From: an uncultured Verrucomicrobiae bacterium
GTDB taxonomy: Bacteria; Verrucomicrobiota; Verrucomicrobiia; Chthoniobacterales; JAFAMB01
DNA: 64,000 bases
Direction: 5' to 3'
Assembly: GCA_963782115.1 (NCBI GenBank)
Contig: CAWAIK010000004.1
Span: 32,001-96,000, forward strand
In this document: positions 32,664-44,891 of the stretch, one piece after another
Position numbering within the stretch: position 1 is the first letter of the stretch
Layout: every line of letters starts with the position of its first letter
Position numbers and translations under genes: made by a program
The notes under the pieces: generated by a model
Database searches by the model: none
Seen by the model: only the letters and a program-made list of their open reading frames with translations
What the model was told of the DNA's origin: nothing

Positions 32664-33769
32664 TGGACAGAGTTGGACCGCCGGAGCCTTCTGAAATTCG
32701 TACCCTGCGCCGCAGGCTAAAAGAAACCCAAGAGCAATTCTCCGAGCGGTTCAGCGTTAATAGTCAGTCATCAGTAGCAAATTGGGAAAGGGGTAGAACC
32801 AGACCCGGATCGGAAGACGCCATCAAACTTTGGGAGCTTTTGCGCAATATGCTGCCGAGTAATGATAATGCTGATAAGCCGGTAGGCAGCGTGAGTTTAC
32901 CAGAAAGTGGAGAAACCGCTCTGGATGATCCAGGGGAAAACTTGTTCATCGAAGCAGTTCGCAAGATCCAGGAGATGTTCTCAAGGCTTGATAGACAAAC
33001 GACCCTGCAGCTACGCGGAGACGAAATGATGTTTAAAGATCTGGGAATAAACCAGATCAAACCGCTAACGGGTGAGCCGGTCTTGACCGCCGAGGATTTC
33101 ATATTCCATCAACTACGGGATGCGCTTCGGAGCTCAAGCCGAGAAGTCTGGGAGAGTGCCTTCCGACTTGGACAACGTTCCGAAGAACTCTTTAAAAATT
33201 ATCCTTCGCCTGATAGGGCCGCTTTCGTTCTCAATTTGTCGGTTTTGGCAATAAAGTGCGGTCACCCGACTTTCGCGTGGGAGAGGCTGCGCATGGTTAA
33301 TGAGGAGTTGGACAAGAATTCAATCGACGATCAGAAAGTCGGCGGCGTTAAACCTGACCAACCTGTCCCAAAACTGCGAGCCTTAGTAAAACAGAACCTC
33401 TCGATGGTTCACAGCCGTCTCAAGCGCTTTAAACGAGCACACCGTTATGGCGAGGAAGCGGCCCAGCTTTGGGGTGAGCCGGACATCTGGATTCTGCTGA
33501 CTCGGCTATGCAATTACTCGTTACACGGAGAAGTCGCTACCGTGTCTGATGAGCAACCGAGTTTAGCGTTTGAGGTTGCGCCATTTGATGATGACACTCG
33601 TAGAAACATGAAAGGCCTCCTAGATGAACTTCTTAGGGAGAATTCCGAACGAATTTTTACGGCAAATTCGTCGGTGCGTAACCTATTAAAGTCCGATCCA
33701 GATCTCAGTTTCGCACGGAAATTGGTTGCGACAGATTCAGAATTTTCTTCATTCCGAGAACTTTTTTAA
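32663..33769 (+). CDS. XRE-family HTH fused to a TPR-like helical domain
   Basis: IRTLRRRLKETQEQFSERF..SVANWERGRTRP; ALVKQNLSMVHSRLKRFKRAHRYGEEA; C-terminal DPDLSFAR. Confidence 0.8.
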   Translation: MDRVGPPEPSEIRTLRRRLKETQEQFSERFSVNSQSSVANWERGRTRPGSEDAIKLWELLRNMLPSNDNADKPVGSVSLPESGETALDDPGENLFIEAVRKIQEMFSRLDRQTTLQLRGDEMMFKDLGINQIKPLTGEPVLTAEDFIFHQLRDALRSSSREVWESAFRLGQRSEELFKNYPSPDRAAFVLNLSVLAIKCGHPTFAWERLRMVNEELDKNSIDDQKVGGVKPDQPVPKLRALVKQNLSMVHSRLKRFKRAHRYGEEAAQLWGEPDIWILLTRLCNYSLHGEVATVSDEQPSLAFEVAPFDDDTRRNMKGLLDELLRENSERIFTANSSVRNLLKSDPDLSFARKLVATDSEFSSFRELF

Positions 33770-33793
33770 CTCGAATTTCACAATTTATTATAT

Positions 33794-33883
33794 ATGTGTC
33801 ATACTATGCGTAATCTTATTGTCATAATTTTCTGGCTTTTATCTGCAGGTATTGCGGCCGCTCATGTGATGAGCGGCGTTTGA
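33794..33883 (+). CDS. Putative pro-peptide (MCHT)MRNLIVIIFWLLSAGIAAA-HVMSGV
   Basis: ATGs at 33794 and 33806, TGA at 33881; 24 bp after the HTH-TPR stop; signal-peptide n/h/c pattern. Confidence 0.5.
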   Translation: MCHTMRNLIVIIFWLLSAGIAAAHVMSGV

Positions 33884-34011
33884 CTGGAGATACTGACCGC
33901 TCGCGAAGGCAAGATGGCCCAGTTTAATCCCTGCGATGAGCCGCTAGCCTTTTCGGCGTCCCTCCGGGGTTATGTCGGATCCAAGCCCGTGAAAACTCGC
34001 TCCAACCGTGT

Positions 34012-34110
34012 CGTCATCGTCACTGTGCCATTCAGACCGCAGCTTCACGATAGCGTCATAGAGCGCCACGCATATGCGGCGGCTCATGCAGACGATTCAT
34101 CGTTTTGCCT
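34012..34110 (-). pseudogene. hsdR: Type I restriction subunit R fragment
   Basis: [34 protein letters not shown]. Confidence 0.7.
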
Positions 34111-34139
34111 TCGAGCGCGGCGATCTGCGCCTCGAGCGC

Positions 34140-34302
34140 GCGGCCTCAGGCGTTGACCGCAGGTGTGGATCAAGCCGTTCGGGAGAAGCTGGACGCGCTG
34201 ATCAAGGTCGCCGACGGCGAGAATCGCCCCGCGCTTGCTTGGCTGCGGGAATGGCCAGAGGCGCCCCTTCAGAAGAACCTCGCCGGGATTGTCGAACGGC
34301 CT
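34140..34302 (+). pseudogene. Internal Tn3 transposase fragment
   Basis: ALTAGVDQAVREKLDAL..LAWLREWPEAP..NLAGIVER. Confidence 0.6.
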
Positions 34303-34482
34303 ACAAAGCGATTCTCGCTTCGATTCGAGACAGCAGGCAGACAAGATGCTGAACTCGGCATCTCACGCGAGGCGTCGCTGGACGTAGATCGTGGAGTGCC
34401 ACGCAGCGCGTAGTTCTATCAGGCACCTCAAAAAGTAAGCTTGGATGGTTGTGATTATTTTCACAAATTGCCGGCGGTACGT

Positions 34483-36356
34483 CCTAACTAACTAGGCAAG
34501 GGCTTCCCTCCATTTATTCCGTTTGCTCTCTTGAACGAAGCTCCACCTTCTGCTCGGGGTGGCTGTAAACTTTTTCTCAAAGAAAAAAGTTCTTTTCTCT
34601 TTCGGCAACAGCCGCTGCAGGCTTGCTACAACAGGCTGTCGCAGAGGCGTTCACCGGCTCTAAGTTCCCGGTATCTAACAACACAGGATCAAGCGCGATG
34701 AACACCTTCTACGAACATCACAAGGATAACATAAAATTCGGCTACCGCTGTTTTGATCGGATTCTTTTAAACGGATTGATCCAGCCTTTTCAGCAACCCG
34801 AGCGAGTGATCGGTTTTTTTAATGCTTATCGCCAGGGCCAGCGGGTTACCCGAAATCTCTTGCGCGATATTGCTCAGCAATTTCAGAACTGGGTCAATAA
34901 TCGTTGCCAAAAATGGGGCACGCCGATTCTGGATGCGCCGGAAGGAAGGCGTGACGACTTTGTCGATCCCTACTTTAAGCACGGCAAGAAAGATCAGGTA
35001 GTGGTGATTCTCAAAGCCAGGGAACCGGCCCGGATCATGGTTGCCGTCGGGGCAGAAGACCGCTGGCACCTGCAGTTGGTTCAACGTTGGATCGCGCAAT
35101 ATAACTTTTACATTAACGATCAGCGTTGGGGTCGGATGTTCGTCCGCATCTGTCCCTATCTGCCCTTTTCCGCACGCGTTTGCCTCAATCAACACCATTG
35201 GCTGGCTAACCGCATGCGCACCGAAGGCGTCGATTTTAAGCAATGTTCCAATGCATTCCTGAAATGCAGTCATCCGCAGAAGCTCCAGGAACTGGCAGAT
35301 TCCTTGACCCCCAACGATCTGCTGAGCTGTGGGCAAAAATGGTTGGCCTGTCTGACTCCATTCTTCAAAGAAAGCGAACGCAGAAGTTGCGGCTGTCAGC
35401 ATCGGCTCTTTTTCTCCCAAGTGGAATATTGTGACAACCTGATCTTTCACCGGCGGGCCGCACTGGATCAACTCGGCCAGAGACTGCTGGATACTAACCG
35501 TACGATCGGCCAGCCCAACAAAATCACCGTGATCTTCGGTCGCAAGGTCACTAAACAATACAAGGGGAAGCTTCAGACCGTCATCGAGGATCTTGATCTT
35601 CCTAACCCAGTGATTCGTAGCCACTATGGAAACGGCTTTATCAAACAGTACGTACGCGATCACCTGCTGTTGCGGACCGAACCGGCCACCAACAATGTCA
35701 ACGATTATGGACTCAAAAAGGCGGTGGAGAATTTGCCCAAACTGCGCGAGCGACTGGAGTCAATCACCGACAACTACCTTAACGTTCAGCAAGACATTTT
35801 AGAAACCTTCCTCGACCGCGGCCAACTCAAAGCTCTGGCTCAGCCCACCATCTTACCGGGTGGCAAACGCATCCCAGGACTCAAGCTCGATCATCCTCGT
35901 CAGTTGGCCTTGATGCACGCGCTGGTGCGCTTCGCTCATGTGGCAGCCGGCAACAGCTTCCGCACTTGCGAACTTCACGCTCTCACCGCCGAGGCTCTGG
36001 GATGCTCACTGTCCGAATACCGCCTTTCTTCATTGCGCTACGACCTATCCAAGCTGAGGGCTAAAAGTTTGGTTGAGAAAATCCCTGGCTCGCGCCGCTA
36101 TCGACTGCTCCCCCAAGGCTACTCCATCTGCGTGGTCTTCCTGAAACTCTTTGAGCGCATCTACGCTCCTCTGACTGCCGGTCTGCTTCGACCCTTTAGC
36201 CCTGACCTAAACCTCCAAGAAACCCGCCGTTCACAGCTCGACCGCCTTTATGCCCGCGTCGTCTCCAGCCTCGAGGAACTCTTGGTCGCAGTCGGTCTCA
36301 AAGCCGCTTGATCAACTATGAAACGAGAACAAAATCCCCGTCACGTTCCGCATAAC
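34483..36356 (+). mobile_element. Unclassified IS-like element with a 537-aa transposase-like ORF (34698-36311) ending in a winged HTH
   Basis: CFDRILLNG, FIKQYVRDHLLLRTE, LRYDLSKLRAKSLV; both ends shared with the mini-element at 53264-53457. Confidence 0.65.
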
Positions 36357-36565
36357 TAAAGGACGAGAGGACGAGAAATCGGAAGCGTGGATTTGCGTTC
36401 ATCGTGCCTCAAATAATTTGGAAGGCTGCACCAAGAAGATCCCCGACTCGAATCGGCCAGCAATATTTTTGGCGCTCAGGGAAATGAGTGTCATAGCATT
36501 TAATATCGTGAGTTCAGCAGTTCACCTGTGATTTTTGTCGAAGGACAGACCCTGATGATGAATCA

Positions 36566-39500
36566 ATGAGAGTGCGACAGGGAACGGCTATTTTATCCGC
36601 TACCGACTTGGCAAATCACTTTTCATGTCGTCATCTCACCACCTTGGATCTCCGCCTCGCAAAAGGAGCGATTACAGAGCCCTCGTGGGAGAACCCACAT
36701 CTCCACGTGCTCCAGCAGCGCGGATTGGAACACGAAAAAGCTTACGTCGATAGCCTGCGCTCCAAAGGTTTCTCTATCGTCGATCTTTCGAAAGTGGTGG
36801 AGGAGGCAGCGGATGAAGCAACGGTCGCAGCCATGAAGAGCGGAGTTCACGCCATTGTTCAGGCCAGCCTGGGAAGCGGCGATTGGAGAGGCCGCGCTGA
36901 CGTACTGATTCGAGTGGAACGGCTCGAAAAGCCGAGCGGCTTGGGCAACTGGTCCTACGAACTCGTGGATTGCAAACTGGCGCGTGAAACTAAAGCTGAA
37001 ACCATTCTTCAACTATGCCTCTATTCCGAGCTCGTCGCGCGGAGCTGCAGGGCCTGGAGCCGGAATTTTTCCACGTCGTCCGACCGAACGTTGGCTTCCA
37101 GCCCGAATCCTACCGGCTGGCTGCCTTCGCCGCCTATTACCGCGTCGTCAAGAGAGCTCTACAGGAGGCCGTGAAAGCCGGTTCCAGTGGAACATATCCC
37201 GAACCCGTCAGTCATTGCGAAATTTGCCGATGGTGGAAGGAGTGCGACGGGCGCCGGCGCCGCGATGATCATCTTTCGTTTGTAGCCGGAGCCTCCAAAC
37301 TGCAACGCAAGGAGCTCATACTGCAAGGCGTTCCCGATCTCGAATCCCTGGCAAAGCTCGCACTTCCAATTCCTTTTAATCCGTCACGTGGCGCACGTGA
37401 AAGCTATACGCGGATTCGAGAGCAAGCCCGAATTCAGCTGGAGGCCCGTACCGAAGGCCAGTTGAAATTTGAGTCGCTCCGCCGCGAACCAGGTGAAGGA
37501 CTCTTTCGGCTCCCCTCACCCTCGATCGGCGACATCTTTCTCGATTTCGAAGGCGATCCGTTCGTTGGAGAGAGCGGACGTGAATACCTCTTCGGTGTGG
37601 TGACTACTAACGGCGTGAATCTCGTCTATCAGAGCCGCTGGGCTCTGGACAGGGGACAGGAGCGGGCCGCTTTCGAGTGGTTCGTCGATTTGACGTTCGA
37701 GCGCATGACTCGCTTCCCCGACCTGCATATTTATCACTTCGGAACCTACGAACCTGCCGCAATCAAACGACTGACGCTCCGCTATGCCACACGGGAGGAA
37801 GAGGTTGATCGGCTCTTGCGCGGGGAAGTATTCATCGATCTCCATAGCATCACCAAGCAGAGTGTTCGGGCAAGCGTAGAACAGTATTCGCTCAAAGAGA
37901 TGGAGAGATTCTGCGATTACCGACGTAGTGTGCCGCTTCCAGAGGCGAACCAGGCGCGGCATTTCATTGAGCACCAACTAGAACTGAGCCCGTCACCGAC
38001 ACTCACCGACGAAGCGTGCAGAGTCGTTGAAGGCTATAACGAAGATGATTGTCGAGCGACTGAACGACTTCGACACTGGCTCGAAAGCCTGCGCGCCGAG
38101 TTAATAGCAAGCGGAACAGAGGTTCCTCGACCGGAAGCGAAGGATACATCTCCGAGCGAAGAGGTCACGGCTCATCAGCAACGCGTGGCTGCGTTGTTTG
38201 ACGCACTGACTAAAGATCTACCAGAAGAGCCAACTGACCGCAGTCCCGAGCAGGCAGCCCGCTGGCTCCTCGCGCACGCTTTGGATTGGCATCGCCGCGA
38301 GGAAAATGTCAAATGGTGGGAATTCTTTCGACTGAAGGGCCTGTCAGAAGAGGATCTCTACGATGAGAAGACTGCAGTTGCGGGGTTATCTCTTCGACAG
38401 CGGATGCCGAAAATGAGCACGAAGGAAAGGGCTCCAATCGATCAGTACCACTATCCTGCCCAAGAGTGTTCGATCAAACTGCGTGACACACTTTACACAT
38501 TGGATGGGCAAAAATTCGGTGACATCGTGGCCGTCGACCCGGTGGCGCGAACTGTCGATGTGAAGAAGCCAATCAAGCTTGATGACTTTCACCCGTCCTC
38601 TGTATTTGCTCATTCACGTTTCCCGACCGACGAGCAATCTAATTCAATTCTTCGGCTCGCGGACTGGATCGTGGCGATCGATAGCCCTGGTGATTATCGT
38701 GCAGCACGAGATCTCCTGCTCAGGAAACCTCCGCGTCTCACCGCAGGGCACTCACTGACTATAGGCCGAGACGAGGCCGTGGTCCAAGCGTCTTGTCGCG
38801 TGGGCCTCGCGTTGGATCGTTCCGTGCTTCCCATCCAAGGCCCTCCTGGCGCGGGGAAGACGTTCACCGGCGCTCGCATGATTTGCCAGCTGGTAAATCA
38901 AGGGGAAAAGGTGGGAGTCACGGCAGTCAGTCACAAGGTCATTCGCAACCTCCTTGATAAGGTCCTGGACGCCGCCCGCGAAATGAATGTTGCCGGGGTA
39001 AATTGTGCGCACCAGAAGAAGGGTGCTGATCCCGACAGCAGACCGGTACGCGAGATTGGTACGCCTGCCGAAGCGCTGCAAAGCCTGCAGGGGGGTGCTG
39101 TGAATGTCCTTGGCGGTACTCCGTGGCTTTGGTCTGGAGAGGAGTCCCGCGATTCCGTGGACGCTCTGTTCGTCGATGAGGCGGGCCAGATGTCGCTGGC
39201 CAACGTTCTAGCTTGTGCACCGGCTGGAAAGAGCCTAGTTCTGCTGGGTGACCCCCAGCAGTTAGAGCAACCGCAACAGGGCAGCCATCCGGAGGGTTCG
39301 GACATTTCAGCCCTGGCTCATCTACTTGATGGCAGGAGGACGATCAGTGAAGGACAAGGCCTCTTTCTTGCCGAAACCTGGCGTCTTCACCACGCGATCT
39401 GCAGCTTCACATCAGAGCTGTTTTACGAAGGGCGGCTCGTTTCACTTAATGGTCTTGAGCGACAGAATATTCAAGTACCTGCACCGTTCTCTGGAGCAGG

Positions 39501-40043
39501 TCTATGGTTTGTGCCTGTCGTCCATGAAGGCAACCAGAGCTATTCAGCAGAAGAAGTCGACCGGGTCGCCGCGATCACTGAGATCCTCACACAGGCTGGA
39601 TCTAGCTGGACTGACCTGGGAGGCAACCAACGACCCTTGACCATCGACGACATCCTGATCGTCGCGCCGTACTCGTCGCGCCGTACAACAATCAGGTCAA
39701 TCGGCTCACAGATCGGTTGCCGGACGCGAAGGTGGGAACTGTCGACAAGTTTCAAGGGCAGGAAGCAGCAGTCGTTATCTACTCAATGACGACTTCGACA
39801 CCCGAAGATGCCCCAAGGGGCATGGAGTTTCTCTACAATCTCAATCGCTTCAATGTCGCCACTTCACGCGCTCGCTGCGCGTGTATTGTGGTCGGTAGCC
39901 CACGACTTTTCTCGCCGGAATGCCGCACGCCGCATCAGATGGAGCTTGCAAACGTGTTGTGCCGTTACGCTGAGATGAGCGACACCATTGCGTTCGATGC
40001 CCAAATCCCAGGTGCTACCCAAGCCTGTTGGGAAAAGGCCTAG
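36566..40043 (+). pseudogene. TM0106-family RecB-like nuclease/RNase H-like/SF1 helicase with two frameshifts
   Basis: LSATDLANH, GRADVL..VDCKLA, LDFEGDP, YNEDDC, QGPPGAGKT, VDEAGQ, GDPQQL, VDKFQGQE; shifts near 37040 and 39670. Confidence 0.9.
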
Positions 40044-40063
40044 CTAGTGCTTCTGCCTCGGAT

Positions 40064-41518
40064 CTACGCCGCCGAAGCAGCGCGGTGCTTCGCCAGCACA
40101 TCTTTAATATCTCCCGGATTGAACGACACATCCCACGACCACTGGCCGAACCCGCCGTGCGCGTTCACAGCGCTTACCCATTCAGCCAGGAACCGCCGCT
40201 TTGTCTCGTCCTGCTCAGTGTCCTTCCCCTTCGTCTCCAGTACGAGGTAGTTCCCAGACTTGAACCGAATCAGAAAATCCGGTCGATATTTGCGCACAAC
40301 GCCTCGATAAACATAAAGGATCTCAAAGCTGAGGTGATCGTTTTTCACCCATGCCGCGACTTCCGGGTTATGGTCGAGCTCGAAGGCCTCGGTCGCCTCC
40401 CATGTGCTGTCATAGACGCAGAAATTGATGTGCGAGCGGTTCGTGCGTTCACAGGGCTTCCCTGTATACCACGTGCCCATGTCGCTGGTTGAGCGAATCG
40501 GGCGATCCCGGTCAAATACAAGCTCTAGATTCTCTGTGTTCTCGAAGCGGATCGCCTCCCAGATGTGCTGCACCACTTTCGTCATGTTGAGCGTGATGAT
40601 CAGGCGGCGCTTGAGATCGTCCTTACTGAAAAGAGCCGGGAGAACGGTGATCTTGTCCGAGCGGATGAACTGCTCGACCAGGTGAACAAGGTGCGCAAGC
40701 AACGCCTCCTTCCCGCCTTTCCAGTCCTTCTGCATCTGCTCGTAAACGTCCCGGGCGGCTTCGAAGATGATCTTCTGGGTGCGGAACTCCCGCGCGAGGC
40801 GCTGAAGATCGATCTGGGTGACCTTCGTCACGTCCGGCTTGCCCTCCAGGATGGGCGCGAGCTCTGCAAGCTTAGCCGTCTGGTCGGCGTTCAGTTCCAG
40901 CGGCTTCACCTTGGCCCAATTGAGCAATAGCTGGGGCCTGTAGATGTGATCGATGCGGATGACGTTCGGCCACGGAATTTCGAAAGAGGCCTTTGAAGCA
41001 TCCGGCTCTATCCCTGTCTTCGGCTTTGGTGGAGCGGGGATCGTGCCCTCCTCCGATTCATGGGGTAAGAACGTGAAGGGCACGCCGAAGATGTTGACGT
41101 ACTCCGGGTCGAACAGCCCCGTTTGAGGATGGAGCTCGTAAGCCGTGCGGCGAAGGCCACGGCCTACCACCTGCTCACAGAGGAGTTGGCTCGTAAAGGC
41201 GCGCAACCCCATGATGTGCGTCACGGTCTTAGCGTCCCATCCTTCAGAAAGCATACCGACCGACACCACGCTTTGTATCTGCTCGCCGGGCTTGCCTGCC
41301 TGACCGACGGTATCGACCTGTCGCCGCAGAAACTCAGCTTGCTGCTTCTTCGTCAGCTTGCGCTTCGGCACATCGACATCTGTCTCTTCCTCTTCTTCTC
41401 CTTCTCCTTCCGTTTCCACCTCCGAAATCGGCTCCTCGGCCGCCTCGGCCTCATCCAACACTTTCGAATCGATGTGGAGCGTTCGGTTGGGGTCCGCCAG
41501 TTCGTCGATACGGACCCT
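40064..41518 (-). pseudogene. Type III restriction Res subunit (BPTD_3080-like), 5' half missing
   Basis: SVGMLSEGWDA, QLLCEQVVGRGLRR, DSTWE, WVKNDH, YRPDFLI..LETKG; no N-terminal Walker motifs. Confidence 0.85.
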
Positions 41519-41727
41519 CATTGGAAAGCGCTCCGGGATGCCGGCGAGCTGACCTGCGCCTACTCCACCTTCATGAAGCGACTCAACAAGATTTGTCGCC
41601 GGCGAAGATTTTAGTTACCTGTTTGAGAGCGAACCCGGGCAACGTTTTCTGCAACTGGCCAAGCCGGCGATTATTGAGATGGAAAGACGGCTCCCCGATA
41701 TTGTAAGCAGGAAGGCAGCGCCACAAA

Positions 41728-42213
41728 ATGAGCATTGCAGACCGCTTAGCACAGAAGGATTTATCCCTTTCAACCCCTCCCAAAGAGCCGGCGTCAAACG
41801 GCGCGGATCACGCGCAATTGGTTAAGGACATCGAGGACGCCAACTTCGCCCAGCATCAGCGCTTCATGGCGGACTTCAAAACCGAGATTAGTCGTTGGGA
41901 AGCCCAACTCACCCAACAGCTCAAAGAGTGGGAAACTGGCTTCGATCGCAATCAAACCGCTTGGAGTCAAGAGGCCAAAAACCTCGCAGAGAAAAGCTTG
42001 AACGCCGCCTTGCGGGCAGCTCGGGAAAATGCGGCTCGATTGTTGGAAGACTCCTCCAGGGAAAACGCCGCGCTGATCCGCAAAGCCTTCGATGATGGTT
42101 TTGGCCGTATGCGTGAAACGCTGGCCGTTGCACAGGTAATTGTCTGGCTCGCTCTGTCGGCAGCACTCGTAGCCCTTGGCATCACGGCTTGCTACATCTT
42201 GCGCCTCCACTAA
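41728..42213 (+). CDS. Second TraM-like protein
   Basis: RNQTAWSQEAKNLAEKSLNAAL matches 26546-26986; C-terminal TM. Confidence 0.55.
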   Translation: MSIADRLAQKDLSLSTPPKEPASNGADHAQLVKDIEDANFAQHQRFMADFKTEISRWEAQLTQQLKEWETGFDRNQTAWSQEAKNLAEKSLNAALRAARENAARLLEDSSRENAALIRKAFDDGFGRMRETLAVAQVIVWLALSAALVALGITACYILRLH

Positions 42214-42852
42214 ACGCCAGAAAAAGAAAAAGAGGAGCGCAGAACCAGCAAGCGCGCCGGACGACCCTGGCGCGGTTTCCGCTCCAGGCGACCACCGGGC
42301 CCGGCCCTTGGGAACGGCGCGTACGATATACTGAATGCCGCCGTTCATCTGCCCTGCCGCTACCGAATCCTCTCCACCAAGGATCATTGCATCGCTGGCT
42401 TTCGCCTCGCGTCGCATAGATCGCGCCGCAGATCGGCCATGCCACCGCGCAGCTCGACCATTCCCACCTGAATCCCGTGGTTCGCCAGTTTCAGCCATGC
42501 CGCCATCCCTTACGGTTTGGGGCGGCACAACACCGGCTCGGGGACTATCTCTCGCTGGACATTGATTGCCGCTGCGGAAAGTCTCGCCATCGATCGCCAT
42601 ATGCGACCTCGCATCTTTTCAGCGCGTCAGATCTCGCCCAGGCATAGCCGATCAAAATGCGAGAGTTCTCAAAACTCGTAACAAGGGTGTTATTTCGAGA
42701 ATATCGTTTCAAGAGAGGTTTTTGAGAAGAGTAAGTTCTTCATCCTCTGGATCTGCCTGCGCATGCGAATGGACTCTCGAAATCAGTCGTTTTCTAGATT
42801 CTTGCCTCCAAAATCATAGACATAATTGGTCGAAGATTTGCAAGCAGCAGTA

Positions 42853-44472
42853 TCACGCAGCATCGAGGAGATTGACAATGTCTTGGATGGCCCTGTCCGC
42901 CTTATAATAGGCAGCTTCAAGTTTGCTCTTGGGCCGATGGTCGGTGTCTGGTTGGTGGTGAAAGCGACTGTTAGCAAGTGGACCGCACAAACGCTTGTGG
43001 AAGAATAAAAACAGCAGAGCGACTTGGAAGCCTTTGCTGGTTAGGCGATAGGCGTATCGTGAGCCGTCACGTTCGATCAGGCCGTGGCCCTTGAGTTTGC
43101 GCAGGTCGTAGCGAAGTTGGTTGAGACCGTAGGCCTTTTCGGAAAGTTGGAAGCTCTGGAGAATGACTTGATGAATGTGCTTGGCGCTCCAGCCGCCGAG
43201 ATTGTTGCCGGCATGCAGAAGAACCTCCAAGAGCCGGATGATGCGGGTCTCATGGATCTTTATACCCGCGTAATAGACCGAGCCGGTGACGATCGGCAAG
43301 GCCATGCGCTGGAGCAAAGGAAAGTCCACGTGGACGTTTAACCACTGGGCCTGGAGTCGGGCAAACCGATCCGTGATCGCCAGGAACTTGGTGCGTACCG
43401 CGTTCAAATTCTGCAGGCCTTTCTTAAGGGCAAAGTCGGAGAGGTTATTTGAGCAAAGTTCATTGCGCAGCAAGGTGCAGAACTTTTCGTACTGCTTCAA
43501 AAATGCATTCTTCCAGTAAGCACGGAAGACATGATGACCATGTTCAATCTGATCGATGACGGTGCCCAGTTTACCGCCCAGTCGCTTATGGAGTCGCACG
43601 CCGAAGAGTTCCGAGATCCGGTTGGCAGTCAGTCGCCAAAGCCCGATCTCGCAGCTGCGCTCGAAAATCTTATGGATCGGGAAGTTGCGCTTGAAGATGA
43701 AGTTGCGGCAGTACTCTATCTGCCCGATGGCGTAAAAGCGCGACAGGTTGATCTGATTGCGCTCGGCGCGGGAGAACTTCGGTCCCAGGATCAGTGTCCA
43801 GTAGTCGAGCTGCTTTTGAATGATCTGGGGACTAAGCCGATCGGCGGCAGCCTGCAATGCCGCGACATCGTCGATGGCTAGAAATGCGTTATCGTTCTTG
43901 CGGAAGGCGACCTGGGCTTTCTTGAGCTCCTGTTCGATAAAGGAGTGGCCGTTTAGATAATAGGTGGCCTGAAAGGGCAAGAATGACGCTAAGCGCATGA
44001 CCATCGCTCCAAGCACTTCATCGTAAATGTAGAAGTAGTAGTGCGTGAAGCGGCTGCGTTGAGGCGCCAGGATCCGGTGGTTGGGGTCCTTGGTCGGATA
44101 CTTCGGCACGCTGATCCGGAAGGTGGGCCCTTGTTCCATGCTCTTGAAAATGAAATAAACTCCGTAGGCGTTCTTCTTGCGCATTCGGCGCAACCAAGGC
44201 AGCACATAATCCTCTTTACGGACACCTTTTTCGGCCCACTGGATGGGGATCTGGTGGTTGGCGGCAAAGGCTTCCACCCACTTCTGGTAGTCATTGGTAC
44301 GCTGAGCGATCACCTCCTTGCTCAGGATGGGAACTGCGATCACCTGGCGAAAGAAATGAACCACTTGCTCGGGCCGAGACAATCCGCTCAAATAGCCGTT
44401 GATGACGATCCGATCGAAGCAGTGGTATACAAAGAGCAGCAGCTCACCGAAAAGCTTTTCGAACAGTTCCAT
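42853..44472 (-). mobile_element. 539-aa transposase-like protein, distant homolog of 34698-36311
   Basis: HCFDRIVING, RPEQVVHFF, FLKQYEKFCTLLRNE, LRYDLRKLKGHGLI. Confidence 0.65.
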
Positions 44473-44507
44473 GGGAACTTGACTCTACTCCGAAACTGGA
44501 GGACAAC

Positions 44508-44891
44508 GTGAACCCTAAAAAGATCAAGAGTGGACCAGCAAAACAATGGATGAAGGGCAAGGATTTTCGCCTGGCTAAGGAGATAAAATACATTCAGCGT
44601 CAGGCGGCTGAACACGACGGACGCTTTGTCACCACCGGACCGCTGGTATTCTTTTCGACCCAAACCGGGGATGCATGGATGCTGGACCCCTCATGTCAAT
44701 TTGCTGCCCGACTCGCCCGCGATGGGGATCCGGAACCCATCGACTTCGAGGAAACAGACACTCACTACGCCATCGGCTGGAAAGGTAACTACCGCATTGA
44801 GGGCCGCGCATTTGTCTACATCGATCGCAAGTCCGGCCGGATCATCACGGTCCTTGGCTATCCCACTGCCAAAATTGCACAATTGGGCTAA
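44508..44891 (+). CDS. Hypothetical protein, divergent from the transposase-like gene
   Basis: 127-aa ORF preceded by GGAGG; FSTQTGDAWMLDP. Confidence 0.7.
   Translation: MNPKKIKSGPAKQWMKGKDFRLAKEIKYIQRQAAEHDGRFVTTGPLVFFSTQTGDAWMLDPSCQFAARLARDGDPEPIDFEETDTHYAIGWKGNYRIEGRAFVYIDRKSGRIITVLGYPTAKIAQLG

Noticed and set aside
34767..35663. 298-aa minus-strand ORF and similar long shadow ORFs (22398-23180, 41794-42600, 16940-17647)
   Set aside because: They are antisense or alternate-frame to well-supported genes and show no recognisable motifs.
36566..41521. A functional nuclease-helicase plus type III RM defence system
   Set aside because: The genes are convergent, one is doubly frameshifted, the other lacks its 5' half, and there is no mod gene.
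42440..42780. ISAs1 fragment (AIDGETFR) and a res-like AT-rich site
   Set aside because: The match is too short to support a call.
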